Shown here piece after piece: positions 54,668-55,652 of a stretch of DNA of 55,652 bases. The notes beneath the pieces were generated by a model that saw only the letters and a program-made list of their open reading frames with translations, was not told the DNA's origin and searched no databases. Source of the DNA: Macrostomum lignano (taxonomy: Eukaryota); the NCBI GenBank assembly GCA_002269645.1, contig NIVC01004201.1, positions 1 to 55,652 on the forward strand. The letters are read 5' to 3'. A program made the translations under genes and the position numbers. Numbering within the stretch: position 1 is the first letter of the stretch; each line of letters opens with the position of its first letter.

Positions 54668-55652
54668 ACTGTGAATATACGTGTTAACACTACTTAGAGT
54701 AGCTAGATAGTAGCTATGCAAGAATAATCAAAGTTGGATTAAGGGATGAGAGTTTAGATCAGAATGGCAATGGTAGATTGTATAGTATTCAACGAAGTTG
54801 TATACTATACAGAACAAGTGCATTGTACTTATACTTTCACTCAGCACGCAGTCATTATTCCACACTTTGCGGCCATTATTCCACACTTTTGCGGTCATTA
54901 TTCCACACTTTTTATCATGCTTCAATTGGCTGTTTTAAGAGTTATTTTACCCATAGACCACTGAGTTGTGTGTCTTAGTTTGACCATAGACACCGTGTGA
55001 TGAGTGCTGATTTTGCTTGCGTCTTTTAAGAAATCAGAAAAGCGAGTAGTGAGAGAAAAAGCTATTTGTCTTGTCAAACAACTATGGCTGGTGCATCTCG
55101 TCAAACAGCCGCGCTTATTAATTGGAAAAATCTTCTTGTCGACGACTGAACGAACCGTGCGGCGCAAATTCGACCATGCAGTCCTTCAACGCCTCGACGG
55201 CTATAAGCGATGCCTCAAAGCGGCCAAGATTTAGTCGAGCAGTCGACAGTCCCAAAGAATCCCAGCTTGGATACTGCGGTACCAAAGAAGCTCATCAGAC
55301 GTGCATCTTTCAAATGGTAAGTTCGGCAACTATACCTGTATTTCTCTTTTATAGAAAACATTCAAAAATAACAACTCCTTTTGCAGTGCCAAATCATCAG
55401 GCTAAAGTGTCGAGCATCTTTGAGAACTGCGGCTTTGAGAACTGCATGTTCAATCCAAATGTCAATGGTACACATCAAAACTGTGGAATAATGGCCAAAA
55501 TATTTTGTTATTACGTCTGGGCAAAAGTATAATTACAATGGAGTCTGTGAGGCGGGTGGGGATCCGGATTGGGAAGAGGATGAGATGAGGACGGGGATGA
55601 GGGTGGCATGAGACTGCCTCATGATTAGGGCTGTGAAATATGTACTAAAGCA

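Noticed and set aside
54668-55652. ORFs right of the Polinton (e.g. 55122-55532)
   Set aside because: Short, non-ATG or lacking motifs; treated as host intergenic DNA with a small 21-22-bp triple repeat at ~54850-54915.

Overview
Eukaryotic (metazoan) genomic DNA with GT-AG introns, many of them filled with minisatellites. The style resembles the flatworm Macrostomum, but this cannot be confirmed from the sequence. Host genes: two paralogous secreted WSC-domain genes, a LicD/fukutin-family gene, a PAN + F-type lectin gene, an ankyrin-repeat protein kinase, and two tiny two-exon secreted-peptide genes missed by the ORF track, one of which looks like an amidated cationic antimicrobial peptide. 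Mobile DNA: an internally deleted LOA/Lian-like LINE, a foldback MITE, Gypsy and Crypton relics, a CORE-SINE and a 4.2-kb near-perfect inverted repeat. The main feature is a complete 10,536-bp Polinton/Maverick (adintovirus-like) element at 44132-54667, with ~0.7-0.8-kb TIRs and a 6-bp ACTGTG target-site duplication. It carries integrase, major and minor capsid proteins, adenain protease, packaging ATPase and core proteins, but no recognisable protein-primed DNA polymerase. It does encode a divergent TBP-fold protein and a possible SSB, and seven TATAAATA boxes sit upstream of its genes. Its three frameshifts are all 1-bp losses in short homopolymer runs, as also seen in a host gene, so they may be sequencing errors. 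All homology calls were made by eye from motifs, not from database searches.
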